Positions 1 to 13,720 of a stretch of 64,000 bases of DNA are shown here, one piece after another. A program made the position numbers and the translations under genes. Origin of the DNA: Eledone cirrhosa (taxonomy: Eukaryota); NCBI GenBank assembly GCA_964016885.1, contig OZ024742.1, positions 164,114,001 through 164,178,000 of the forward strand, read 5' to 3'. Each line of letters starts with the position of its first letter. The first letter of the stretch is position 1. The notes beneath the pieces were generated by a model that had not been told where the DNA came from, made no database searches, and was given only the letters and a program-made list of their open reading frames with translations.

Positions 1-413
1 CTGATTTTTTTACAATCTCCGCCTGATTTTTTTAAAAATTATCTTGCCTTGGCTGGCGGGAAATTATCTCCCCTTGGACGGCTGGAAATTATATCCCCTT
101 GGACGGCTGGAAATTACCTCCCCTTGGACAGCTGGAAATTATCTGCCCTTGATTTTGTTTTTACAAATTATCTCCCCCTGATTTTTTTTACAAATTATCT
201 CCACCTGATTTTTTAAAAAATTATCTCCCCTTGGACGGCTGGAAATTATCTCCCCTTGGACGGCTGATAATTATCTCCCCTTGGACGGCTGGAAATTATC
301 TCCCCTTGATTTTTTTTACAAATTATCTCCCCCTGATTTTTTTTTACAAATTATCTCCCCCTGATTTTTTTTACAAATTATCTCCGCATGATTTTTTTAA
401 ATATTATCTTCCC

Positions 414-640
414 TTGGCTGGCTGGAAATTATCTCCCCTTGGAGGCTGGAATTTATCTCCCCTTGGACGGCTAGAAATTACCTCTCCTTGGACGGCTGGA
501 AAATATTTCTCCTTGGACGGCTGGATATTATCTACCCTTGGACGGGTGGAAATTATCTCCCCTTGGACGGCTGGAAATTATCTCCCCTTGGACGGCTAGA
601 TATTACCTCCCCTTGGACGACTGGAAATTATCTCCCCTTG
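414..640 (+). repeat. Representative long A block (~9 monomers, fixed variant order)
   Basis: Order: TTGGCTGGCTGG, TTGGAGGCTGGAATTT (24 bp), CTAGAAATTACCTCTCC, GGAAAATAT(G/T)TCTCC, GGATATTATCTACCC, two near-consensus units, CTAGATATTACC, exit to B. The same order occurs at 2008, 3366, 7537, 12373, 15385 and many later sites. Confidence 0.9.
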
Positions 641-3600
641 ATTTTTTTTACAAATTATCTCCCCCTGATTTTTTTTTTACAAATTATCTCCCCCTGATTT
701 TTTTACAAATTATCTCCCCCTGATTTTTTTTACAAATTATCTCCGCCTGATTTTTTTAAATATTATCTTCTCTTGGCTGGCGGGAAATTATCTCCCCTTG
801 GACGGCTGAAAATTATCTCCCCTTGGACGGCTGGAAATTATCTCCCCTTGATTTTTTTTACAAATTATCTCCACCTGATTTTTTTTAAAAAATTATCTCC
901 CCCTAATTTTTTTTTACAAATTATCTCCCCCTGATTTTTTTTTACAAATTATCTCCCCCTGATTTTTTTTACAAATTATCTCCCCCTGATTTTTTTACAA
1001 ATTATCTCCCCTTGGCTGGCTGGAAATTATCTCCCCTTGGACACTGTAAATTATAGCCCCTTGGAGGGCTGGAAATTATCTTACCTTGGACGGCTGGAAA
1101 TTATCTTTGCTTGATTTTTTTTACAAATTATCTCCCCCTGATTTTTTTTTACAAATTATCCCCCCCGATTTTTTTTACAAATTATCTCCCCCTGATTTTT
1201 TTTACAAATTATCTCCCCTTGGACGGCTGGAAATTATCTCCCCTTGGACGGCTGGAAATTATCTCTCCTTGGACGGCTAGAAATTACCTCTCCTTGGACG
1301 ACTGAAAATTATCTCCCCTTGGACGGCTGCAAATTATCTCCCCTTGATTTCTTTTACAAATTATCTCCGCCTGATTTTTTTTTTTAAATTATCTCCCCTT
1401 GGACGGCTGGAAATTACCTCCCCTTGGACGGCTGGAAATTATCTCCCCTTGGACGGCTAGAAATTACCTCTCATTGGACGGCTGAAAATTATCTCCCCTT
1501 GGACGGCTGGAAATTATCTCCCCTTGATTTTTTTTACAAATTATCTCCCCCTGATTTTTTTTTTACAAATTATCTCCGCCTGATTTTTTTTTAAAATTAT
1601 CTCTCCTTGGACGGCTGGATATTATCTCCCCTTTCATTTTTTTTACAAATTATCTCCCCCTGATTTTTTTTTACAAATTATCTCCCCCTGATTTTTTTTT
1701 ACAAATTATCTACCCCTAATTTTTTTTACAAATTATCTCCCCCTGATTTTTTTTACAAATTATCTCCGCCTGATTTTTTTAAATATTATCTTCCCTTGGC
1801 TGGCGGGAAATTATCTCCCCTTGGACGGCTGGAAATTATCTCCCCTTGATTTTTTTTACAAATTATCTCCCCCTGATTTTTTTTTACAAATTATCTCCCC
1901 CTGATTTTTTTTTACAAATTATCTCCCCCTGATTTTTTTTTACAAATTATCTCCCCCTGATTTTTTTTTACAAATCTCCCCCTGATTTTTTTATAAATTA
2001 TCTCCCCTTGGCTGGCTGGAAATTATCTCCCCTTGGAGGCTGGAATTTATCTCCCCTTGGACGGCTAGAAATTACCTCTCCTTGGATGGCTGGAAAATAT
2101 GTCTCCTTGGACGGCTGGATATTATCTACCCTTGGACGGCTGGAAATTATCTCCCCTTGGACGGCTGGAAATTATCTCCCCTTGGACGGCTAGATATTAC
2201 CTCCCATTGGACGGCTGGAAATTATCTCCCCTTGATTTTTTTTACAAATTATCTCCCCCTGATTTTTTTTTACGAATTATCTCCCCCTGATTTTTTTTTA
2301 CAAATTATCTCCGCCTGATTTTTTTTTTAAAATTATCTCCCCTTGAACGGCTGGAAATTATCTCCCCTTGGACGGCTGGAAATTATCTCCCCTTGGACGG
2401 CTAGAAATTACCTCTCCTTGGACGGCTGAAAATTATCTCCCCTTGGACGGCTGCAAATTATCTCCCCTTGATTTTTTTAACAAATTATCTCCCCCTGATT
2501 TTTTTTTACAAATTATCTCCCCCTGATTTTTTTTTACAAATTATCTACGCCTAATTTTTTTTACAAATTATCTCCCCCTGATTTTTTTTTACAAATTATC
2601 TCCCCCTGATTTTTTTTACAAATTATCTCCCCCTGATTTTTTTTACAAATTATCTCCCCCTGATTTTTTTACAAATTATCTCCCCCCTGATTTTTTTTAC
2701 AATCTCCGCCTGATTTTTTTAAAAATTATCTTCCCTTGGCTGGCGGGAAATTATCTCCCCTTGGACGGCTGGAAATTATATCCCCTTGGAAGGATGGAAA
2801 TTATCTCCCCTTGGACGGCTGGAAATTATCTCCCCTTGGACGGCTGGAAATTACTTCCCCTTGGACAGCTGGAAATTATCTGCCCTTGATTTTGTTTTTA
2901 CAAATTATCTCCCCCTGATTTTTTTTACAAATTATCTCCACCTGATTTTTTAAAAAATTATCTCCCCTTGGACGGCTGGAAATTATCTCCCCTTGATTTT
3001 TTTACAAATTATCTCCCCCTGATTTTTTTTACAAATTATCTCCCCCTGATTTTTTTTTACAAATTATCTCCCCCTGATTTTTTTTACAAATTATCTCCGC
3101 CTGATTTTTTTAAATATTATCTTCCCTTGGCTGGCGGGAAATTATCTCCCCTTGGACGGCTGAAAATTATCTCCCCTTGGACGGCTGGAAATTATCTCCC
3201 CTTGATTTTTTTTACAAATTATCTCCCCCTGATTTTTTTTTACAAATTATCTCCCCCTGATTTTTTTTTACAAATTATCTTCCCCTGATTTTTTTTTACA
3301 AATTATCTGCCCCTGATTTTTTTTACAAATTATCTCCCCCTGATTTTTTTACAAATTATCTCCCCTTGGCTGGCTGGAAATTATCTCCCCTTGGAGGCTG
3401 GAATTTATCTCCCCTTGGACGGCTAGAAATTACCTCTCCTTGGACGGCTGGAAAATATTTCTCCTTGGACGGCTGGATATTATCTACCCTTGGACGGGTG
3501 GAAATTATCTCCCCTTGGACGGCTGGAAATTATCTCCCCTTGGACGGCTAGATATTACCTCCCCTTGGACGGCTGGAAATTATCTCCCCTTGATTTTTTT

Positions 3601-6600
3601 TACAAATTATCTCCCCCTGATTTTTTTTACAAATTATCTCCACCTGATTTTTTTACAAATTATCTCCCCCTGATTTTTTTTACAAATTATCTCCCCCTGA
3701 TTTTTTTTTTACAAATTATCTCCCCCTGATTTTTTTACAAATTATCTCCCCCTGATTTTTTTTACAAATTATCTCCGCCTGATTTTTTTAAATATTATCT
3801 TCCCTTGGCTGGCGGGAAATTATCTCCCCTTGGACGGCTGAAAATTATCTCCCCTTGGACGGCTGGAAATTATCTCCCCTTGATTTTTTTTACAAATTAT
3901 CTCCCCCTGATTATTTTTTACAAATTATCTTTCCCTGATTTTTTTTACAAATTATCTCCCCCTGATTTTTTTTACAAATTATCTCCCCCTGATTTTTTTA
4001 CAAATTATCTCCCCTTGGCTGGCTGGAAATTATCTCCCCTTGGAGGCTGGAATTTATCTCCCCTTGGACGGCTGGAAATTATCTCTCCTTGGACGGCTAG
4101 TAATTACCTCTCCTTGGACGGCTGGAAAATATCTCTTTGGAGGGCTGGAAATTATCTCCCCTTGGACGGCTGGAAATTATCTCCCCTTGGACGGCTGGAA
4201 ATTATCTCTCCTTGGACGGCTAGAAATTACCTCTCCTTGGACGGCTGAAAATTATCTCTCCTTGGACGGCTGGAAATTATCTCCCCTTGGACGGCTAGAT
4301 ATTACCTCCCCTTGGACGGCTGGAAATTATCTCCCCTTGATTTTTTTTACAAATTATCTCCCCCTGATTTTTTTTACAAATTATCTCCACCTGATTTTTT
4401 TACAAATTATCTCCCCCTGATTTTTTTTACAAATTATCTCCGCCTAATTTTTTTAAATATTATCTTCCCTTGGCTGGCGGGAAATTATCTCCCCTTGGAC
4501 GGCTGAAAATTATCTCCCCTTGGACGGCTGGAAATTATCTCCCCTTGATTTTTTTTACAAATTATCTCCCCCTGATTTTTTTTACAAATTATCTCCCCCT
4601 GATTTTTTTTTACAAATTATCTCCCCCTGATTTTTTTTTACAAATTATCTCCCCCTGATGTTTTTTACAAATTATCTCCCTTTGGCTGGCTGGAAATTAT
4701 CTCCCCTTGGAGGCTGGAATTTATCTCCCCTTGGACGGCTAGAAATTACCTCGCCTTGGACGGCTGGAAAATATGTCTCCTTGGACGGCTGGAAATTATC
4801 TCCCCTTGGACGGCTGGAAATTATCTCCCCTTGGACGGCTGGAAATTATCTCCCATTGGACGGCTAGATATTACCTCCCCTTGGACGGCTGGAAATTATC
4901 TCCCCTTGATTTTTTTTACAAATTATCTCCCCCTGATTTTTTTTTACAAATTATCTCCCCCTGATTTTTTTTACAAATTATCTCCCCCTGATTTTTTTAC
5001 AAATTATCTCCCCCCGATTTTTTTTACAAATTATATCCGCCTAATTTTTTTAAATACTATCTTCCCTTGGCTGGCGGGAAATTATCTCCCCTTGGACGGC
5101 TGAAAATTATCTCCCCTTGGACGGCTGGAAATTATCTCCCCTTGATTTTTTTACAAATTATCTCCCCCTGATTATTTTTTACAAATTATCTCCCTCTGAT
5201 TTTTTTTACAAATTATCTCCCCTTGGCTGGCTGGAAATTATCTCCCCTTGGAGGCTGGAATTTATCTCCCCTTGGACGGTTAGAAATTACCTCTCCTTGG
5301 ACTGCTGGAAAATATGTCTCCTTGGACGGCTGGAAATTATCTCCCCTTGGACGGCTGGAAATTATCTCCCCTTGGACGGCTGGAAATTATCTCTCCTCGG
5401 ACGACTAGAAATTACCTCTCCTTGGACAGCTGAAAATTATCTCCCCTTGGACGGCTGGAAATTATCTCCCCTTGATTTTTTTTACAAATTATCTCCCCCT
5501 GATTTTTTTTTACAAATTATCTCCCCCTGATTTTTTTTTACAAATTATCTCCCCATGATTTTTTTTACAAATTATCTCCCCCTGATATTTTTTACAAATT
5601 ATCTCCCCCTGATTTTTTTACAAATTATCTGCCCTTGGCTGGCTGGAAATTATCTCCCCTTGGAGGCTGGAATTTATCTCCCCTTGGACGGCTAGAAATT
5701 ACCTCGCCTTGGACGGCTGGAAAATATGTCTCCTTGGACGGCTGGAAATTATCTCCCCTTGGACGGCTGGAAATTATCTCCCCTTGGACGGCTGGAAATT
5801 ATCTCCCCTTGGACGGCTAGATATTACCTCCCCTTGGACGGCTGGAAATTATCTCCCCTTGATTTTTTTTACAATTTATCTCCCCCTGATTTTTTTTTAC
5901 AAATTATCTCCCCCTGATTTTTTTTTACGAATTATCTCCCCCTGATTTTTTTTTACAAATTATCTCCGCCTGATTTTTTTTTTAAAATTATCTACCCTTG
6001 AACGGCTGGAAATTATCTCCCCTTGGACGGCTGGAAATTATCTCCCCTTGGACGGCTAGAAATTACCTCTCCTTGGACGGCTGAAAATTATCTCCCCTTG
6101 GACGGCTGCAAATTATCTCCCCTTGATTTTTTAACAAATTATCTCCCCCTGATTTTTTTTTACAAATTATCTCCCCCTGATTTTTTTTTACAAATTATCT
6201 ACGCCTAATTTTTTTTACAAATTATCTCCCCCTGATTTTTTTTACAAATTATCTCCCCCTGATTTTTTTTACAAATTATCTCCCCCTGATTTTTTTTTAC
6301 AAATTATTTCCCCCTGATTTTTTTACAAATTATCTCCCCCCTGATTTTTTTAAAAATTATCTTCCCTTGGCTGGCGGGAAATTATCTCCCCTTGGACGGC
6401 TGGAAATTATATCCCCTTGGAGGCTGGAATTTATCTCCCCTTGGACGGCTAGAAATTACCTCGCCTTGGACGGCTGGAAAATATGTCTCCTTGGACGGCT
6501 GGAAATTATCTCCCCTTGGACGGCTGGAAATTATCTCCCCTTGGACGGCTGGAAATTATCTCCCCTTGGACGGCTGGAAATTATCTCCCATTGGACGGCT

Positions 6601-8689
6601 AGATATTACCTCCCCTTGGACGGCTGCAAATTATCTCCCCTTGATTTTTTTAACAAATTATCTCCCCCTGATTTTTTTTTACAAATTATCTCCCCCTGAT
6701 TTTTTTTTACAAATTATCTACGCCTAATTTTTTTTACAAATTATCTCCCCCTGATTTTTTTTTACAAATTATCTCCCCCTGATTTTTTTTACAAATTATC
6801 TCCCCCTGATTTTTTTTTACAAATTATCTCCCCCTGATTTTTTTACAAATTATCTCCCCCCTGATTTTTTTTACAATCTCCGCCTGATTTTTTTAAAAAT
6901 TATCTTCCCTTGGCTGGCGGGAAATTATCTCCCCTTGGACGGCTGGAAATTATATCCCCTTGGAAGGATGGAAATTATCTCCCCTTGGACGGCTGGAAAT
7001 TATCTCCCCTTGGACGGCTGGAAATTATCTCCCCTTGGACAGCTGGAAATTATCTCCCCCTGATTTTTTTTACAAATTATCTCCACCTGATTTTTTAAAA
7101 AATTATCTCCCCTTGGACGGCTGGAAATTATCTCCCCTTGATTTTTTTACAAATTATCTCCCCCTGATTTTTTTTACAAATTATCTCCCCCTGATTTTTT
7201 TTTTACAAATTATCTCCCCCTGATTTTTTTACAAATTATCTCCCCCTGATTTTTTTTACAAATTATCTCCGCCTGATTTTTTTAAATATTATCTTCCCTT
7301 GGCTGGCGGGAAATTATCTCCCCTTGGACGGCTGAAAATTATCTCCCCTTGGACGGCTGGAAATTATCTCCCCTTGATTTTTTTTACAAATTATCTCCCC
7401 CTGATTTTTTTTACAAATTATCTCCCCCTGATTTTTTTTTACAAATTATCTCCCCCTGATTTTTTTTTACAAATTATCTGCCCCTGAGTTTTTTTACAAA
7501 TTATCTCCCCCTGATTTTTTTACAAATTATCTCCCCTTGGCTGGCTGGAAATTATCTCCCCTTGGAGGCTGGAATTTATCTCCCCTTGGACGGCTAGAAA
7601 TTACCTCTCCTTGGAAGGCTGGAAAATATTTCTCCTTGGACGGCTGGATATTATCTACCCTTGGACGGGTGGAAATTATCTCCCCTTGGACGGCTGGAAA
7701 TTATCTCCCCTTGGACAGCTAGATATTACCTCCCCTTGGACGGCTGGAAATTATCTCCCCTTGATTTCTTTTACAAATTATCTCCCCCTGATTTTTTTTA
7801 CAAATTATCTCCACCTGATTTTTTTACAAATTATCTCCCCCTGATTTTTTTTACAAATTATCTCCCCCTGATTTTTTTACAAATTATCTCCCCTTGGCTG
7901 GCTGGAAATTATCTCCCCTTGGAGGCTGGAATTTATCTCCCCTTGGACGGCTGGAAATTATCTCCCCTTGATTTTTTTTACAAATTATCTACCCCTGATT
8001 TTTTTTACAAATTATCTCCCCCTGATTTTTTTTACAAATTATCTCCCCCTGATTTTTTTACAAATTATCTCCCCCTGATTTTTTTACAAATTATCTCCCC
8101 CTGATTTTTTTTTACAAATTATCTACGCCTAATTTTTTTTACAAATTATCTCCCCCTGATTTTTTTTTACAAATTATCTCCCCCTGATTTTTTTTTACAA
8201 ATTATCTCCCCCTGATTTTTTTTTACAAATTATCTCCCCCTGATTTTTTTACAAATTATCTCCCCCCTGATTTTTATTGCAATCTCCGCCTGATTTTTTA
8301 AAAAATTATCTTCCCTTGGCTGGCGGGAAATTATCTTCCCTTGGACGGCTGGAAATTATATCCCCTTGGAAGGATGGAAATTATCTCCCCTTGGACGGCT
8401 GGAAATTATCTCCCCTTGGACGGCTGGAAATTATCTCCCCTTGGACAGCTGGAAATTATCTGCCCTTGATTTTGTTTTTACAAATTATCTCCCCCTGATT
8501 TGTTTTACAAATTATCTCCACCTGATTTTTTAAAAAATTATCTCCCCTTGGACGGCTGGAAATTATCTCCCCTTGGCTGGAAATTATCTCCCCTTGGACG
8601 GCTAGAAATTATCTCTCTTTGGACGGCTGGAAATTATCTGCCTTTGATTTTTTTTACAAATTATCTCCCCCTGATTTTTTTTTACAAAT

Positions 8690-11600
8690 TATCTCACCCT
8701 GATTTTTTTTACAAATTATCTCCCTCTGACTTTTTTACAAATTATCTCCCCTTGGCTGGCTGGAAATTATCTCCCCTTGGAGGCTGGAATTTATCTCCCC
8801 TTGGACGGCTAGAAATTACCTCTCCTTGGACGGCTGGAAAATATGTCTCCTTGGACGGCTGGATATTATCTACCCTTGGACGGCTGGAAATTATCTCCCC
8901 TTGGACGGCTGGAAATTATCTCCCCTTGGACGGCTAGATATTACCTCCCCTTGGACGGCTGGAAATTATCTCCCCTTGATTTTTTTACAAATTATCTCCC
9001 CCTGATTTTTTTACAAATTATCTCCCCCTGATTTTTTTTACAAATTATCTCCGCCTAATTTTTTTAAATATTATCTTCCCTTGGCTGGCGGGAAATTATC
9101 TCCCCTTGGACGGCTGAAAATTATCTCCCATTGGACGGCTGGAAATTATCTCCCCTTGATTTTTTTTACAAATTATCTCCCCCTGATTTTTTTTTACAAA
9201 TTATCTCCCCCTGATTTTTTTTACAAATTATCTCCCCCTGATTTTTTTACAAATTATCTCCCCTTGGCTGGCTGGAAATTATCTCCCCTTGGAGGCTGGA
9301 ATTTATCTCCCCTTGGACGGCTAGAAATTACCTCTCCTTGGACGGCTGGAAAATATGTCCTTGGACGGCTGGATATTATCTACCCTTGGACGGCTGGAAA
9401 TTATCTCCCCTTGGACGGCTGGAAATTATCTCCCCTTGGACGGCTAGATATTACCTCCCCTTGGACGGCTGGAAATTATCTCCCCTTGATTTTTTTTACA
9501 AATTATCTCCCCCTGATTTTTTTTTACAAATTATCTCCCCCTGATTTTTTTTTACAAATTATCTACCCCTGATTTTTTTTTACAAATTATCTCCCCCTGA
9601 TTTTTTTTACAAATTATCTCCCCCTGATTTTTTTTTACAAATTATCTCCCCCTGATTTTTTTTTACAAATTATCTACCCCTGATTTTTTTTACAAATTAT
9701 CTCCCCCTGATTTTTTTTACAAATTATCTCCCCCTGATTTTGTTTACAAATTATCTCCCCCTGATATTTTTACAAATTATCTCCCCCTGATTTTTTTTAC
9801 AAATTATCTCCGCCTAATTTTTTTAAATATTATCTTCCCTTGGCTGGCGGGAAATTATCTCCCCTTGGACGGCTGAAAATTATCTCTCCTTGGACGGCTG
9901 GAAATTATCTCCCCTTGATTTTTTTTACAAATTATCTCCCCCTGATTATTTTTTACAAATTATCTCCCCCTGATTTTTTTTTACAAATTATCTCCCCCTG
10001 ATTTTTTTTTACAAATTATCTCCCCCTGATTTTTTTTACAAATTATCTCCCCCTGATTTTTTTACAAATTATCTCCCCTTGGCTGGCTGGAAATTATCTC
10101 CCCTTGGAGGCTGGAATTTATCTCCCCTTGGACGGCTAGAAATTACCTCTCCTTGGACGGCTGGAAAATATGTCCTTGGACGGCTGGATATTATCTACCC
10201 TTGGACGGCTGGAAATTATCTCCCCTTGGACGGCTGGAAATTATCTCCCCTTGGACGGCTAGATATTACCTCCCCTTGGACGGCTGGAAATTATCTCCCC
10301 TTGATTTTTTTTACAAATTATCTCCCCCTGATTTTTTTTTACAAATTATCTCCCCCTGATTTTTTTTTACAAATTATCTCCGCCTGATTTTTTTTTACAA
10401 ATTATCTCTCCCTGATCTTTTTTTACAAATTATCTCCCCCTGATTTTTTTTTACCAATTATCTACCCCTGATTTTTTTTTACAAATTATCTCCCCCTTAT
10501 TTTTTTTACAAATTATCTCCCCCTGATTTTTTTTACAAATTATCTCCCCCTGATTTTTTTACAAATTATCTCCCCCCGATTTTTTTTACAAATTATATCC
10601 GCCTAATTTTTTTAAATATTATCTATCCTTGGCTGGCGGGAAATTATCTCCCCTTGGACGGCTGAAAATTTTCTCCCCTTGGACGGCTGGAAATTATCTC
10701 CCCTTGATTTTTTTACAAATTATCTCCCCCTGATTATTTTTTACAAATTATCTCCCCCTGATTTTTTTTTACAAATTATCTCCCTCTGATTTTTTTTACA
10801 AATTATCTCCCCTTGGCTGGCTGGAAATTATCTCCCCTTGGAGGCTGGAATTTATCTCCCCTTGGACGGTTAGAAATTACCTCTCCTTGGACTGCTGGAA
10901 AATATGTCTCCTTGGACGGCTGGAAATTATCTCCCCTTGGACGGCTGGAAATTATCTCCCCTTGGACGGCTGGAAATTATCTCTCCTCGGACGACTAGAA
11001 ATTACCTCTCCTTGGACAGCTGAAAATTATCTCCCCTTGGACGGCTGGAAATTATCTCCCCTTGATTTTTTTACAAATTATCTCCCCCTGATTTTTTTTT
11101 ACAAATTATCTCCCCCTGATTTTTTTTACAAATTATCTCCCCCTGATATTTTTTACAAATTATCTCCCCCTGATTTTTTTACAAATTATCTCCCCTTGGC
11201 TGGCTGGAAATTATCTACCCTTGGAGGCTGGAATTTATCTCCCCTTGGACGGCTAGAAATTACCTCGCCTTGGACGGCTGGAAAATATGTCTCCTTGGAC
11301 GGCTGGAAATTATCTCCCCTTGGACGGCTGGAAATTATCTCCCCTTGGACGGCTGGAAATTATCTCCCCTTGGACGGCTAGATATTACCTCCCCTTGGAC
11401 GGCTGGAAATTATCTCCCCTTGATTTTTTTTACAAATTATCTCCCCCTGATTTTTTTTTACAAATTATCTCCCCCTGATTTTTTTTTACGAAGTATCTCC
11501 CCCTGATTTTTTTTTACAAATTATCTCCGCCTGATTTTTTTTTAAAAATTATCTCCCCTTGAACGGCTGGAAATTATCTCCCCTTGGACGGCTGGAAATT

Positions 11601-13720
11601 ATCTCCCCTTGGACGGCTAGAAATTACCTCTCCTTGGACGGCTGAAAATTATCTCCCATTGGACGGCTGCAAATTATCTCCCCTTGATTTTTTAACAAAT
11701 TATCTCCCCCTGATTTTTTTTTACAAATTATCTCCCCCTGATTTTTTTTTACAAATTATCTACGCCTAATTTTTTTTACAAATTATCTCCCCCTGATTTT
11801 TTTTTACAAATTATCTCCCCCTGATTTTTTTTACAAATTATCTCCCCCTGATTTTTTTTTACAAATTATTTCCCCCTGATTTTTTTACAAATTATCTCCC
11901 CCCTGATTTTTTTTACAATCTCCGCCTGATTTTTTTAAAAATTATCTTCCCTTGGCTGGCGGGAAATTATCTCCCCTTGGACGGCTGGAAATTATATCCC
12001 CTTGGAAGGATGGAAATTATCTCCCCTTGGACGGCTGGAAATTATCTCCCCTTGGACGGCTGGAAATTATCTCCCCTTGGACAGCTGGAAATTATCTGCC
12101 CTTGATTTTGTTTTTACAAATTATCTCCCCCTGATTTTTTTTACAAATTATCTCCACCTGATTTTTTAAAAAATTATCTCCCCTTGGACGGCTGGAAATT
12201 ATCTCCCCTTGATTTTTTTTACAAATTATCTCCCCCTGATTTTTTTTTACAAATTATCTCCCCCTGATTTTTTTTTACAAATTATCTCCCCCTGATTTTT
12301 TTTTACAAATTATCTCACCCTGATTTTTTTTACAAATTATCTCTCCCTGATTTTTTTACAAATTATCTCCCCTTGGCTGGCTGGAAATTATCTCCCCTTG
12401 GAGGCTGGAATTTATCTCCCCTTGGACGGCTAGAAATTACCTCTCCTTGGACGGCTGGAAAATATGTCTCCTTGGACGGCTGGATATTATCTACCCTTGG
12501 ACGGCTGGAAATTATCTCCCCTTGGACGGCTGGAAATTATCTCCCCTTGGACGGCTAGATATTACCTCCCCTTGGACGGCTGGAAATTATCTCCCCTTGA
12601 TTTTTTTACAAATTATCTCCCCCTGATTTTTTTACAAATTATCTCCCCCTGATTTTTTTTACAAATTATCTCCGCCTAATTTTTTTAAATATTATCTTCC
12701 CTTGGCTGGCGGGAAATTATCTCCCCTTGGACGGCTGAAAATTATCTCCCCTTGGACGGCTGGAAATTATCTCCCCTTGATTTTTTTTACAAATTATCTC
12801 CCCCTGATTTTTTTTTACAAATTATCTCCCCCTGATTTTTTTTACAAATTATCTCCCCCTGATTTTTTTACAAATTATCTCCCCTTGGCTGGCTGGAAAT
12901 TATCTCCCCTTGGAGGCTGGAATTTATCTCCCCTTGGACGGCTAGAAATTACCTCTCCTTGGACGGCTGGAAAATATGTCCTTGGACGGCTGGATATTAT
13001 CTACCCTTGGACGGCTGGAAATTATCTCCCCTTGGACGGCTGGAAATTATCTCCCCTTGGACGGCTAGATATTACCTCCCCTTGGACGGCTGGAAATTAT
13101 CTCCCCTTGATTTTTTTTACAAATTATCTCCCCCTGATTTTTTTTTACAAATTAGCTCCCCCTGATTTTTTTTTACAAATTATCTACCCCTGATTTTTTT
13201 TTACAAATTATCTCCCCCTGATTTTTTTTACAAATTATCTCCCCCTGATTTTTTTTTACAAATTATCTCCCCCTGATTTTTTTTTACAAATTATCTACCC
13301 CTGATTTTTTTTACAAATTATCTCCCCCTGATTTTTTTTACAAATTATCTCCCCCTGATTTTGTTTACAAATTATCTCCCCCTGATTTTTTTACAAATTA
13401 TCTCCCCCTGATTTTTTTTACAAATTATCTCCGCCTAATTTTTTTAAATATTATCTTCCCTTGGCTGGCGGGAAATTATCTCCCCTTGGACGGCTGAAAA
13501 TTATCTCTCCTTGGACGGCTGGAAATTATCTCCCCTTGATTTTTTTTACAAATTATCTCCCCCTTATTATTTTTTACAAATTATCTCCCCCTGATTTTTT
13601 TTTACAAATTATCTCCCCCTGATTTTTTTTACAAATTATCTCCCCCTGATTTTTTTACAAATTATCTCCCCTTGGCTGGCTGGAAATTATCTCCCCTTGG
13701 AGGCTGGAATTTATCTCCCC
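8690..13720. repeat. ~1.4-kb direct repeat pair (~8.69-10.1 kb and ~12.31-13.72 kb) spaced 3,621 bp apart inside HOR copy 1
   Basis: Landmarks 8843/12464, 9081/12702, 9338/12959 and the ATCTCACCC variant at 8691/12312 all differ by 3,621. Confidence 0.85.
9481..9830 (+). repeat. Representative long B block (~13 monomers with T7-T9 tracts)
   Basis: Consecutive ACAAATTATCTCCCCCTGA(T)n units ending in the CTCCGCCTAA...AAATATTATCTTCCC exit variant. Confidence 0.9.

Noticed and set aside
300-400. T tracts as intrinsic or Pol III terminators, or as splice-acceptor polypyrimidine tracts
   Set aside because: There is no upstream GC hairpin and no recognisable A/B-box gene, and the tracts are followed by ACAA rather than YAG.
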